Origin: Bdellovibrio sp.
GTDB taxonomy: Bacteria > Bdellovibrionota > Bdellovibrionia > Bdellovibrionales > Bdellovibrionaceae
NCBI GenBank assembly: GCA_046318155.1
Contig: JBKCUU010000004.1
Span: 1 to 34,978 of the forward strand
Direction: 5' to 3'
DNA length: 34,978 nt
In this document: positions 16,897 to 25,561 of the stretch, one piece after another
How positions within the stretch are numbered: the first letter of the stretch is position 1
Layout: every line of letters starts with the position of its first letter
Notes under the pieces: model-generated
Databases searched by the model: none
What the model saw: the letters and a program-made list of their open reading frames with translations, nothing else
What the model was told of the DNA's origin: nothing
Program-made: the position numbers and the translations under genes

Positions 16897-19800
16897 GTGC
16901 GTGTGAGCTTGATTTTTCGTTTCTTTGTGGCCAACTGGCGGTTCAGTTTTTTAGTGACCGCCATGGCCATCATCATGGGTCTGCTTGGCCTGGGCTTGCT
17001 TCAGCGCGAGTCGTTCCCTCCGGTGAATTTTGCGACCCTGACTGTCGTGACATTTTACCCAGGCGCCTCACCGGAAGAAGTTCAAGACCGAGTCACAAAA
17101 CCGATTGAGGATGAATTACGAGGCGCGGCCGGCCTGAAAGATGTGAAATCGATTTCACAGACGGGCCGAAGCCAAATCACAATCCGAATTGATATTGACC
17201 GCGCTGACGTCGAAAACATTGTGAACGAAGTTCAGCGAGCCGTCGCCCGTGGTGCCACAAAACTCCCCACTGAAGTCAAAGACGCCCCCTTAGTGACGGA
17301 GATCAAGGCCCGAGAAATACCCGTCATCGAGCTGGCTCTCACCGGTGACAACTCCGGGCGTGCCCGCGATCAACAAGCCGAGCGACTCAAGGAGGCACTC
17401 GAGGACGTGCGCGGTGTTTCGTCCGTGCGCTTTTCGGGCTATCAAGAACGCGAGCTTCAAATCTTGCTCGACCGCGAAAAATTGGCTGCATTTGGAACCG
17501 GCATTACCGAAGTCGTCACAACGCTCACATCCCGACTTCGTAACGTGCCGGCTGGGTCGATCGAAAGTTCGACGAAAAACTCGCTGGTGAGAATCATCGG
17601 ACAATCCGGGGACCCAAAAGAGATTGAACAGGTGGTCGTCCGCTCGAATGATGGCGGCGTTATTCGGCTGAGTCAGGTCGGGATGGTCCTAGAGGGTGCA
17701 AAAAAACCGGAGGTCCTTGCCAGACTCAACGGTGAGCCCGCGACACTCATGGTAGTGACAAAAAATGAAGAGATCGATGCCATTTCAGTGGTCGACAGCG
17801 TGCTCGAACGGATCAAGACATTTGAAGCCAACCAACCCAGTCGCAACAAAATTGTGATTTATAATGATGAGGCAGAGCGGGTGCGAGACCGTCTGCAAAT
17901 TGTCGAGTTTAATGCGATCGCCGGTTTGCTCGCGGTCTTGGCGATTCTGTTCGTTTTTCTGCCCGGAAAGATTGGACTCTTTAGCGCCTTGAGCCTTCCT
18001 GTTTGTGCGCTCAGCACGGTCGCGATGATGGTTGCTTTTGGCGCAAATTTTAATGTCATCACGATGATTGCCTTGGTCATCTGCCTCGGCAACCTGGTCG
18101 ACAACTCCGTTGTTGTCTCTGAGTTTTATTCCAGTCTACGCGAAAAAGGGATCAGCGGACCTGAGGCCGCAACCCAAGCCTCAAGACAGTTTTGGATTCC
18201 ATTTACGGCATCAACCATCACCATTGTGGCTGCTTTTTTGCCGATGCTCGTGACCGAAGGCGTTCTCGGGCAGTTTATTCGCTGGATCCCGATTGTGGTG
18301 ACAATTGCCTTGGTCATTAGTCTCGTCGAATCCCTGACTCTGCTCCCTGCCCGGCTGCAATTCTTGGATTTTAAGCCAAAGAAAAAAACAGAAATCTCCT
18401 ACTTTACGAGGGTCGAAAATGGCTTCGGCAACGTGGTCAAATGGTCCTTGAAATGGCGGTACCTTGCAGCGCTGCTCCTGGGAAGCCTTGTTGTTTCGGG
18501 ATTTGTCGTGACGGCGCTTTTCAATCGCTTCGAACTCTTCCCGCCCGACGGAGTCGAGTATTACATCGCTCGATTTGAAGCGCCCGCGCAGACACCCATC
18601 CATCAGACGGACCTCGGGGCTGCGAAAATTTCAGATTTGGTTTTTAAAGCCTTAGGACCTGAGGTGGTCTCGAGCATTGTCGCGCGCTCTGGCGTGCAGC
18701 AGGCGGATTTCGGCGACCCTCAGGCTAAAAATGGTGAACAAGTTGGCTTTTTACTCATTCGAATTAAGAAAGAGGTCTACCCGAGCCTGAATTCAGAGAA
18801 AACGCTTGGGACACTCCGAGAAATTCCGAAACCTGAAATTTTCGAGCGCTTAACTTTTGAAACCCAGGCGGGGGGACCGCCTGTTGGCCAGGCCGTGACG
18901 GTGACCTTCCGCTCCTCTGATCCGATCGAGTTGCGCCGAGAGGCCCAGGAGTTTGCTGAGAAACTCGCCCAGATCGAGGGTGTTCGGAACGTTGCAACCG
19001 ATGAAGTCAAGACGGGTCAAGAGTATCTGTTGAAACCAAATGATGAGCGCACGGCTTTTGTGGGGCTTACGAACGACCAACTCGGGCAGAACTTAAGAGC
19101 CGGAATTGAGGGAGTTCCGGTCGCAGAGCTTTCGGCACGCGGGATCGAATATGATGTCGTCGTTCGTTACGTGCCAAGCGATAAAAATGATCTGCAAGAC
19201 GTCGTCCAGACAAGAGTTCTGAACTCCAAAGGTCAGCTGACTCCGCTCAAACTATTGGGTGAAATTCGTGAAGAGCCCGCGCCCGCGACAATTAAAAGTT
19301 TTGATTTTAGGCGCTCGATCACTGTGACCGCGGATGTCAACACGGCCGTGATCACGTCGAGCCAAGCCAACGCAAAGGCGCGAGAGATTTTGCTTGAGTC
19401 GATGCGCGACACAACCGAAGTGTCGACTATTTTTGGCGGCGAAGAGGAAAGTACAAACGAGTCGCTGAGGTCGCTAGGAATCGCGCTCGTCCTGGCGATT
19501 TTTGGAATCTTTGCGACGCTCGTGTTTACATTCAAGAGCTTCTCTCTTCCGCTTCTTGTGCTCTCGACGATCCCGCTGGGACTCGTTGGCGTTTTATATG
19601 CGTTTGCAATTAACCAGCGCCCGCTTTCTTTTTTGGCTTTTATTGGTGTTGTTGGACTTTCGGGGGTTGTCATCAACTCGGCCATTATTCTTGTCGATTT
19701 TATCGAAGAGCTCAGGCGTGAGAGACCTCAGGAAGACAACTTGGCGCAAATCTTAGTTGAGGCCTCGAGGTTGCGTCTGCGGGCCGTTTTAGCGACGGGC

Positions 19801-20007
19801 TTAACCACTGTCGTGGGACTGCTGCCAACCGCTTTTGGACTGGGAGGGGACGATCCGCTCTTGGTCCCCATCACGCTTGCACTTTCTTGGGGAATGATTG
19901 TGGGCACCGTGCTTTCACTCATTTGGATTCCTGCCTGCTATCTTATTTTACAAGACATTTCGCAATTCGTGCGAAACACCCTGCTAAGAAAAAGTCCAAC
20001 GCGATGA
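16897..20007 (+). CDS. RND family efflux permease (AcrB/AcrD/AcrF)
   Basis: 1036 aa; YPGASPEEV..VTKPIE, GNLVDNSVVVSE, GVVINSAIILVD, RLRAVLAT; duplicated 12-TM layout. Confidence 0.95.
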   Translation: MRVSLIFRFFVANWRFSFLVTAMAIIMGLLGLGLLQRESFPPVNFATLTVVTFYPGASPEEVQDRVTKPIEDELRGAAGLKDVKSISQTGRSQITIRIDIDRADVENIVNEVQRAVARGATKLPTEVKDAPLVTEIKAREIPVIELALTGDNSGRARDQQAERLKEALEDVRGVSSVRFSGYQERELQILLDREKLAAFGTGITEVVTTLTSRLRNVPAGSIESSTKNSLVRIIGQSGDPKEIEQVVVRSNDGGVIRLSQVGMVLEGAKKPEVLARLNGEPATLMVVTKNEEIDAISVVDSVLERIKTFEANQPSRNKIVIYNDEAERVRDRLQIVEFNAIAGLLAVLAILFVFLPGKIGLFSALSLPVCALSTVAMMVAFGANFNVITMIALVICLGNLVDNSVVVSEFYSSLREKGISGPEAATQASRQFWIPFTASTITIVAAFLPMLVTEGVLGQFIRWIPIVVTIALVISLVESLTLLPARLQFLDFKPKKKTEISYFTRVENGFGNVVKWSLKWRYLAALLLGSLVVSGFVVTALFNRFELFPPDGVEYYIARFEAPAQTPIHQTDLGAAKISDLVFKALGPEVVSSIVARSGVQQADFGDPQAKNGEQVGFLLIRIKKEVYPSLNSEKTLGTLREIPKPEIFERLTFETQAGGPPVGQAVTVTFRSSDPIELRREAQEFAEKLAQIEGVRNVATDEVKTGQEYLLKPNDERTAFVGLTNDQLGQNLRAGIEGVPVAELSARGIEYDVVVRYVPSDKNDLQDVVQTRVLNSKGQLTPLKLLGEIREEPAPATIKSFDFRRSITVTADVNTAVITSSQANAKAREILLESMRDTTEVSTIFGGEEESTNESLRSLGIALVLAIFGIFATLVFTFKSFSLPLLVLSTIPLGLVGVLYAFAINQRPLSFLAFIGVVGLSGVVINSAIILVDFIEELRRERPQEDNLAQILVEASRLRLRAVLATGLTTVVGLLPTAFGLGGDDPLLVPITLALSWGMIVGTVLSLIWIPACYLILQDISQFVRNTLLRKSPTR

Positions 20008-20243
20008 AACCAGCACCCACAGCAAAAAGAGCCAGAAGCTCAATCAAACGCGATACGGTAAACCCCTCTGACTATTTAAAATATCAGCACCGCTTTGCAT
20101 GCGAGGACTGCACCCACTTTAAGTCTTCGGATGCAAGCTGCACGATTGGATACCGCACCCAATGGCACCGCCGAGACTTTCAGACCCGGGAGTATGAGCG
20201 CACAGGGCGATTAGCACATTGCCGATTTCTCGAAATCGATTAG
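20004..20243 (+). CDS. Small Cys-rich hypothetical protein (79 aa)
   Basis: ATG at 20004 overlaps the RND stop (ATGA); CEDCTHF-x6-C...HCRF pattern. Confidence 0.7.
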   Translation: MKPAPTAKRARSSIKRDTVNPSDYLKYQHRFACEDCTHFKSSDASCTIGYRTQWHRRDFQTREYERTGRLAHCRFLEID

Positions 20244-20287
20244 CATCGCGAGAACAAGTGTTTCCCGGGCCGGATTTGCCATGGCTT

Positions 20288-21052
20288 CTATTTTTTTGTG
20301 AGCAGTTCCATCATGCGTTCGATAGCTTCGGGAGGTTGTGCGCCTTCAAGGGCGATGCCGCCGACCAAGATTACGGGAGTTCCTGTAAAGCCAAACTGAA
20401 TAAACTCTTCACGATCATCAGCCAAAACTTTAGCGACGGTCTCACCTTTAATATCAGCTGCAAGTTTGTTCATATCCGCACCTGTTTTCTTGGCGATCTC
20501 TTTCAAATACTTTTCGCTCAAGTTTTTTTGACCCTCAAAGACTTGCTCGTAAAACTTTTTTGCCTTGGCGCGGTCTTGAATCATCAAGGCTTCAAAGTAT
20601 CTTGCTGCCGGTGCCGCCATTGGGTGAAAATCCAAAGGCATATGCTTGTAATAAAATTGGATTTTATCTTTGTGTTTCTCTAAGACTGTTTTAAGGCTGG
20701 TCGCCGCCATCGAACAAGCGGGGCATTGAAAATCGGCGTATTCCACGATGACGATTTTTCCTTGAGGATTCCCCGCGAGCAAACGCTCTTTTGACACCAA
20801 GGGCATGAGGGGATTCTTCATTTGCTCATCCAGCCGCTGTTGGCGGTCCGCCATTTGCTTTTCTTGGTTGGCGCCTTGGGCCTTACGAGCGGCTTTATTG
20901 ACAGTCTCGATAAAGAGTTCGGGGTTTTCTTCAATGACGTCAAAAAGAACCTGGGGATTTTTTTTAAGGTAATCACGAATTTGCGAATCACTTGTCGCAC
21001 ACGAAGTTAACAACAAAAAACTAAGACCAAAGAGAACTCGATTTGTTTTCAT
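20288..21052 (-). CDS. DsbA-family thiol-disulfide oxidoreductase lipoprotein (ScsC/Com1-like)
   Basis: LLTSC lipobox, IRDYLKKNPQVL helix, IVEYADFQCPAC active site, GTP cis-Pro loop. Confidence 0.92.
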   Translation of the reverse strand: MKTNRVLFGLSFLLLTSCATSDSQIRDYLKKNPQVLFDVIEENPELFIETVNKAARKAQGANQEKQMADRQQRLDEQMKNPLMPLVSKERLLAGNPQGKIVIVEYADFQCPACSMAATSLKTVLEKHKDKIQFYYKHMPLDFHPMAAPAARYFEALMIQDRAKAKKFYEQVFEGQKNLSEKYLKEIAKKTGADMNKLAADIKGETVAKVLADDREEFIQFGFTGTPVILVGGIALEGAQPPEAIERMMELLTKK

Positions 21053-22134
21053 TATTCACACCTTTTCATCAAAGATCCAATTTGCAAAGTGGACTCACAT
21101 TTATTGGGAGCAAGATTTGCGGATTCGATTAAAAGCCAAGTTTCGATCTTTCGTTCGTGCTGAGCTTGGGCACAGTACCCGGGATTTGACGAACGGCCCT
21201 TGAGATTCATCGAGGCTAAAGCTTGTTGCCATCCAAGACCCGTACCCAAAAACAGAACCGCAAGCGACATCTTGAGTTTCCAGGGGGCATGATCCGTGCT
21301 CTCGAGAGTTTGCAAATGTCGAAATCGCACCTCGAGCTGCTTAAAATCCAGGACGCTCGAGACAGCAAGGGGTGAGGTCAGCGGCCCCAGATGGCTTTGC
21401 AGAACCGAAATCAGAGTTTCGGCGTAGTGGCGAGGATCCAAACCAAACGACTTCACGGCTCGCTGGTCGGCTGCAAGTTCAATGGCCAAACGGTACGAAC
21501 GAGCAAAAACAAAAACCAAAGGGTTAAACCAGCAAAGGCGCTGAACAAGCAGTACCAAGGCACTCCAAACACCATCACGGTGCAAGCGGTGCGCGTATTC
21601 GTGAACAATGATATCCAAAGCTTTCGATTCTTGTTTAAAAAGTTCTGAAGGAATCACGATGCTGGGATTAAAGAGGCCCACGCAAAAAGGTGTCACGTGT
21701 TGCTCAGTAACTCTGATTTGCAAAGAAAGCGTGCGGCCACTGGCACGAACCAGTTCATACTCAGCAAGTTTTGAGTTTTTAAAAACGTTTTTGACAAACG
21801 CTTGGTGCCGCCGAACATCACGAAACAACAATCCACCGGCAACGGCAAACCAACCCATCCCAACCCAGCGGGTAATTCCCCAAGTCTCATGCTCTTGAGC
21901 AAACAGCCCGAAGCAACGCGCGCTCCACTCTTGGTCGAAGAAAAGAACGAGAAGCGCGCTGGTAAAAATTAAGGCCATCACGCTCAAGGCGGTGAGCTTC
22001 GCGGCTGAAGAAAAAACCCGACCCGAACGCAAAAGCCACGGACGAACGATCAAAAAGACGGCAAACATCACGCTCGACGAGATGCCTGCAACAAGAAATA
22101 AGCGCCAAGCGAAATCAAGAATTGAAAGACTCAT
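21052..22134 (-). CDS. M56 family (BlaR1-like) membrane metallopeptidase without a penicillin-binding domain
   Basis: PFCVGLFNPSIVIP, HEYAHRLHRD (HExxH), WFNP, ELAAD, YAETL; 4-bp overlap with the repressor gene. Confidence 0.92.
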   Translation of the reverse strand: MSLSILDFAWRLFLVAGISSSVMFAVFLIVRPWLLRSGRVFSSAAKLTALSVMALIFTSALLVLFFDQEWSARCFGLFAQEHETWGITRWVGMGWFAVAGGLLFRDVRRHQAFVKNVFKNSKLAEYELVRASGRTLSLQIRVTEQHVTPFCVGLFNPSIVIPSELFKQESKALDIIVHEYAHRLHRDGVWSALVLLVQRLCWFNPLVFVFARSYRLAIELAADQRAVKSFGLDPRHYAETLISVLQSHLGPLTSPLAVSSVLDFKQLEVRFRHLQTLESTDHAPWKLKMSLAVLFLGTGLGWQQALASMNLKGRSSNPGYCAQAQHERKIETWLLIESANLAPNKCESTLQIGSLMKRCE

Positions 22135-22523
22135 TTCTTTTTTCCTCCTTTGGCGTGGTCGAAGTCCTGCACAATTTGGCGCAGTTTTTCGATTTCTTCA
22201 TGAGAGAGGTTTTTTTGCCCTGCAAAATAATTGATCAGCGGGGACATCGAGCCCCCCAGAGTCTTATCGACAAATGTAGAAACCCGGCCAGCTAAGAATG
22301 ATTCGGTATTGATTTTGCCCGTGTACTTAAAGACGCCATCGATTTTTGTTCGGCACAAGCAACCCTTGGTTCGGAGCCGCTCCATCACTGTTAAAACGGT
22401 TGTGCGCGCAAGGCCATGCGTTTTCTCGAAGTGATCGGCGGCTTCTCGAACACTGACGGCCTGACTTGCCGTTACGAATCTAAGGATTTCAATTTCTTGT
22501 TCACCGAGCTTAGGCGTTTTCAA
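22131..22523 (-). CDS. BlaI/MecI/CopY family transcriptional repressor
   Basis: LGEQEIEIL, ARTTVLTVMERLRTKG, GGSMSPLINYF, LSHEEIEKLR; AAGGAG RBS and TTG start. Confidence 0.93.
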   Translation of the reverse strand: MKTPKLGEQEIEILRFVTASQAVSVREAADHFEKTHGLARTTVLTVMERLRTKGCLCRTKIDGVFKYTGKINTESFLAGRVSTFVDKTLGGSMSPLINYFAGQKNLSHEEIEKLRQIVQDFDHAKGGKKK

Positions 22524-22536
22524 AGGGCTCCTTCGG

Positions 22537-22578
22537 TTGACTACATTTGTAGTCTACATTGACTACGGCTGTAGTCAA
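22537..22578 (-). promoter_or_regulatory. Tandem BlaI/CopY-type operators overlapping a sigma70 promoter
   Basis: GACTACA-TT-TGTAGTC (22539-22554) and TTGACTAC-GGCT-GTAGTCAA (22559-22578), 22-bp period; minus-strand TTGACT-16 nt-TAGACT lies within them. Confidence 0.88.
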
Positions 22579-22631
22579 AGAACTCTGAAGTCCAGTTTTG
22601 ATTTGAGACCTCAACTCGAAACCGCTGCGTT

Positions 22632-24317
22632 TTAACGGCGGCGGCGATCGAGGTTTTCGATGTAGCGCTTGTAGGCTTGCTCTTCGTAAGGCGAGCTATA
22701 GCCTTGCTGTGCCCGGCGCTGCATTTGCGCCTGCACTTGGGTTTTAATCTGAGCCGCGATGTCTTGATCACGCTGACGGATCAAGTCGGTGCGCTTACTA
22801 ATCAAAGACATTCGAGCTGAAAGATCAGCGCGGTCAAACTGCTGCTCGACGTTGCGGATCTCCCCGGCCAAGCGGTGCGAGCTTTGCAGTTCTCGCTTTT
22901 GTGCTTCGACGGTGCGATCAATGCGGATCATTTGATGGTCCACACGGATTTCATTCGCCCTGGCCGGAGTCAAAACACTTCGGAGTGACGGAGCCACGGT
23001 ATTATCATTTGCGTTGTACCACTCGGGGGGTGCCTTCTCGAGACTTGAAATAATCTGACTGAGCTCAACGCTGGATTCACGCAATTGATCGAGCTGAACG
23101 GCTTTTGGATTGTCGATATCTGGAACGTTGGGATTTCCTAAGAAACTTGTCAGGTCCCCAAGTCGCTTAATGATCTCGGCGCGAGACATTTGCGGGATAT
23201 TCCCAACTCGAAGGCCTGCGGGTGCACCGACTTCGGCGAGCAGGGCGTCCATTTTAGCCAACTCGGCTCGGTGCAGATTACCAAGATTGGATTTGAAGTT
23301 ATCAAAGTGCATCAGCATCTGAATCAAATGAGGCTCGGGCACTTCGATATCACTGCGGATTTCTTCCCAATAAGCGCGGCACTGCATTTTGTTCGAGAGC
23401 ACTTGGTGAAAAACTCCCAAGGGATTACACGTCTCAGAGTCGTAAGCGGTGGCCGCGGCGGCCACGCACTGAGGATCTCCGCTCACCGTCGTTGATGGCG
23501 GATTACTGCAGTTAAGAGTGCGATTGCCAACCTTCACGGTTCCACGGGCATTTCGATAACAGTTAAAGATCTCGAGTCCCTTTTTGATTTCGGGAAGACG
23601 CGGATTGCAATCTCTTCGGATGGCACCAATATCCCGCGCATTCGCTCTTGCACCTGGGCCTGTGGGTGTGACCATAAATTTATCCGTGCAAATTGAAGAC
23701 GCCGTGATGTTAAAGCCACCGATTCCGTTGACCAGTTGCTCCATGCTCGCTTTGTCTTTAGCCGCAATCAAATCGCGATCGATACGCAAAAAATCTTCAA
23801 GATAGCGGTGATTGGCATCACGAATTTTGCTGGGTCCACGACCATCAAAACCAGCGAAGACACCGACGTTTGGAAAAATCGGCTTCCAATGCACATCAAC
23901 ACTGCCAATGTTGGTTGTTCGGCAGCCCCACAAAAGAACGGAACGCACATCCTGAACCACCTCGGGAGCAACGGCCAGCGCATCTTTCAGAGCATCGGCA
24001 GTCATGTCCACCGCCGTGGTGCCTCGGGTTCCAGAAAAGCGGCCATTCCCATCGTGGCCCGAGATCACGACGCTCGACAAGCGCACGCCTGCCGCTTTCA
24101 TCCGAAGCACTTCGGCTTTGATTTGATCGGGAGTCACTTGTGCGCGGCTATTGGCCCCTGGAATGACGATCAGCTTTTCACCACGAGAACGGGCAGCCTT
24201 CTCGGCGGCTTCAATTTCTTGTTTGGCATCATTAAGGTCTAAAAACAGAATATCGGCTCGCGCCCCAAACCAAAATCCGAAAGTGATTAAAAACGTAAGC
24301 ATCAAGGATGACGTCAT
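22632..24317 (-). CDS. Secreted hypothetical protein with a possible clan-CD (caspase/CHAT/CPD-like) N-terminal domain
   Basis: 561 aa; signal peptide ending ARA; VVISGHDG...VLLWGC; Cys-rich middle; helical C-terminus. Confidence 0.6.
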   Translation of the reverse strand: MTSSLMLTFLITFGFWFGARADILFLDLNDAKQEIEAAEKAARSRGEKLIVIPGANSRAQVTPDQIKAEVLRMKAAGVRLSSVVISGHDGNGRFSGTRGTTAVDMTADALKDALAVAPEVVQDVRSVLLWGCRTTNIGSVDVHWKPIFPNVGVFAGFDGRGPSKIRDANHRYLEDFLRIDRDLIAAKDKASMEQLVNGIGGFNITASSICTDKFMVTPTGPGARANARDIGAIRRDCNPRLPEIKKGLEIFNCYRNARGTVKVGNRTLNCSNPPSTTVSGDPQCVAAAATAYDSETCNPLGVFHQVLSNKMQCRAYWEEIRSDIEVPEPHLIQMLMHFDNFKSNLGNLHRAELAKMDALLAEVGAPAGLRVGNIPQMSRAEIIKRLGDLTSFLGNPNVPDIDNPKAVQLDQLRESSVELSQIISSLEKAPPEWYNANDNTVAPSLRSVLTPARANEIRVDHQMIRIDRTVEAQKRELQSSHRLAGEIRNVEQQFDRADLSARMSLISKRTDLIRQRDQDIAAQIKTQVQAQMQRRAQQGYSSPYEEQAYKRYIENLDRRRR

Positions 24318-24754
24318 CGGCTCTCCGGTGCAGAAAGGACTTTCGCTTTGACAACGTGAATTTCGCTTTCGGCCGCCTTGAGTGCTTTGAGCGATATTTT
24401 TGGGTAAAGCTTGGCCACCTCGTTGGCACCTTTGCGATCAAGGCGATCTAAGAACATATCTTTTTCGAGTTCGGACCATTTTTTGATTTGCTCATGCAGA
24501 CCTGCCACTTTCAAAATTCGGTCTTTTTCAAAGTAAGCTTGGTGGTACCAAGGTGCTGGCTTTTTTTTCGCTGCCTTAAAAGCCGGATTCTTCTCGAGAA
24601 CCTCGATGGGATAATTTTGATCCACAGGATCGACGACGATTTTGCCATCACCTTCAAAGTCCCCCGCCTTGGCGTGGGCGATAAAGGCACTCATTAAGAC
24701 GCAAAAAATCACTCCGAAAGCCAGAGCGAGAGCACGGTTGAACCAGGTCATCAT
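24314..24754 (-). CDS. Exported hypothetical protein
   Basis: Start placed at ATG 24754 (MMTWF...), which gives a signal peptide ending AHA/AKA; 4-bp overlap with the next gene. Confidence 0.7.
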   Translation of the reverse strand: MMTWFNRALALAFGVIFCVLMSAFIAHAKAGDFEGDGKIVVDPVDQNYPIEVLEKNPAFKAAKKKPAPWYHQAYFEKDRILKVAGLHEQIKKWSELEKDMFLDRLDRKGANEVAKLYPKISLKALKAAESEIHVVKAKVLSAPESR

Positions 24755-24814
24755 GCCTTTGATTTTACGGTGATTTCTTAAAAAAGACTGCTGTCCTTCG
24801 CGAGAACTGGGCTT

Positions 24815-24899
24815 CAGACTGTCAGGTTCCAAACGTTAGCCAAAGGCTAACACCTTCAAAACGTTAGCCACAGGCTAACACCCTCAAACTGACAGTTTG
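24815..24899. repeat. Nested repeat: two 28-bp tandem palindromic units inside a 14-bp imperfect inverted repeat
   Basis: Units 24831-24858 and 24859-24886 (26/28 identical), each with GTTAGCC-NNN-GGCTAAC; outer arms 24815-24828 and 24886-24899 (12/14). Confidence 0.85.
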
Positions 24900-25561
24900 G
24901 AACGAACAAATTTTTCGACTTCACCGACGACGTCATCAAAACCAAGATCGGTCGAGTCCAGGACCAAAGCCTGCTCGGGCACTTTCATCGGTGCAGCCTT
25001 GCGGGTCGAATCCTGTTCATCGCGCTGCTTTTGCGCGCCGATGATCTCTTGAGCGTCGGCACCTTGCTCACGAGCCCTGCGCTCAGCACGGTTTTCTTGG
25101 CTGGCCGTGAGATAAATTTTAGCTTCGGCTGTTGGAAACACGACGGTCCCGCAATCACGGCCTTCAGCAACTAGACCTTCGGTGGACTCGGAGCACGCGC
25201 GCTGTGCGCCCAAAAGTGCCGAACGAACTTTAGGAAAATGACTGATTTTTGAAGCGACCGATCCGACGTCTTCACGAAAAATCAAATCCGAAACATCGCG
25301 GCCCTTATAGATCACGCTGGTTTGCTCATCGTTCATTTTGACCGACCAAATCTCGCGTTGATTCGAAAGTTTGGCGAGAGAGTCTTCGTCTTCGAGATTG
25401 GCTTTGGACTCGAGAGCGGCAAATGCCAGGCCACGATAAAAAGCACCCGTCGAGACCCAGCTCCAACCCAAACGTTTTGCCAATTCACGGCTCACCGATG
25501 TTTTTCCGGACGCGGCCGGCCCGTCGATGGTGACTACTTTTCCCATTTCCACAGCACTCAT
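24884..25561 (-). CDS. cmk: Cytidylate kinase
   Basis: TIDGPAASGKT, TGAFYR, EGRDCGTVVFP, RDEQDSTR. Confidence 0.96.
   Translation of the reverse strand: MSAVEMGKVVTIDGPAASGKTSVSRELAKRLGWSWVSTGAFYRGLAFAALESKANLEDEDSLAKLSNQREIWSVKMNDEQTSVIYKGRDVSDLIFREDVGSVASKISHFPKVRSALLGAQRACSESTEGLVAEGRDCGTVVFPTAEAKIYLTASQENRAERRAREQGADAQEIIGAQKQRDEQDSTRKAAPMKVPEQALVLDSTDLGFDDVVGEVEKFVRSKLSV

Noticed and set aside
21052..22523. Beta-lactam resistance (bla/mec) locus or copY operon
   Set aside because: No beta-lactamase, PBP or SxxK sensor domain; no Cu-ATPase and no C-terminal CopY Cys motif
24831..24886. 28-bp palindromic repeats as a CRISPR array
   Set aside because: Only two directly abutting units, no spacer and no cas genes
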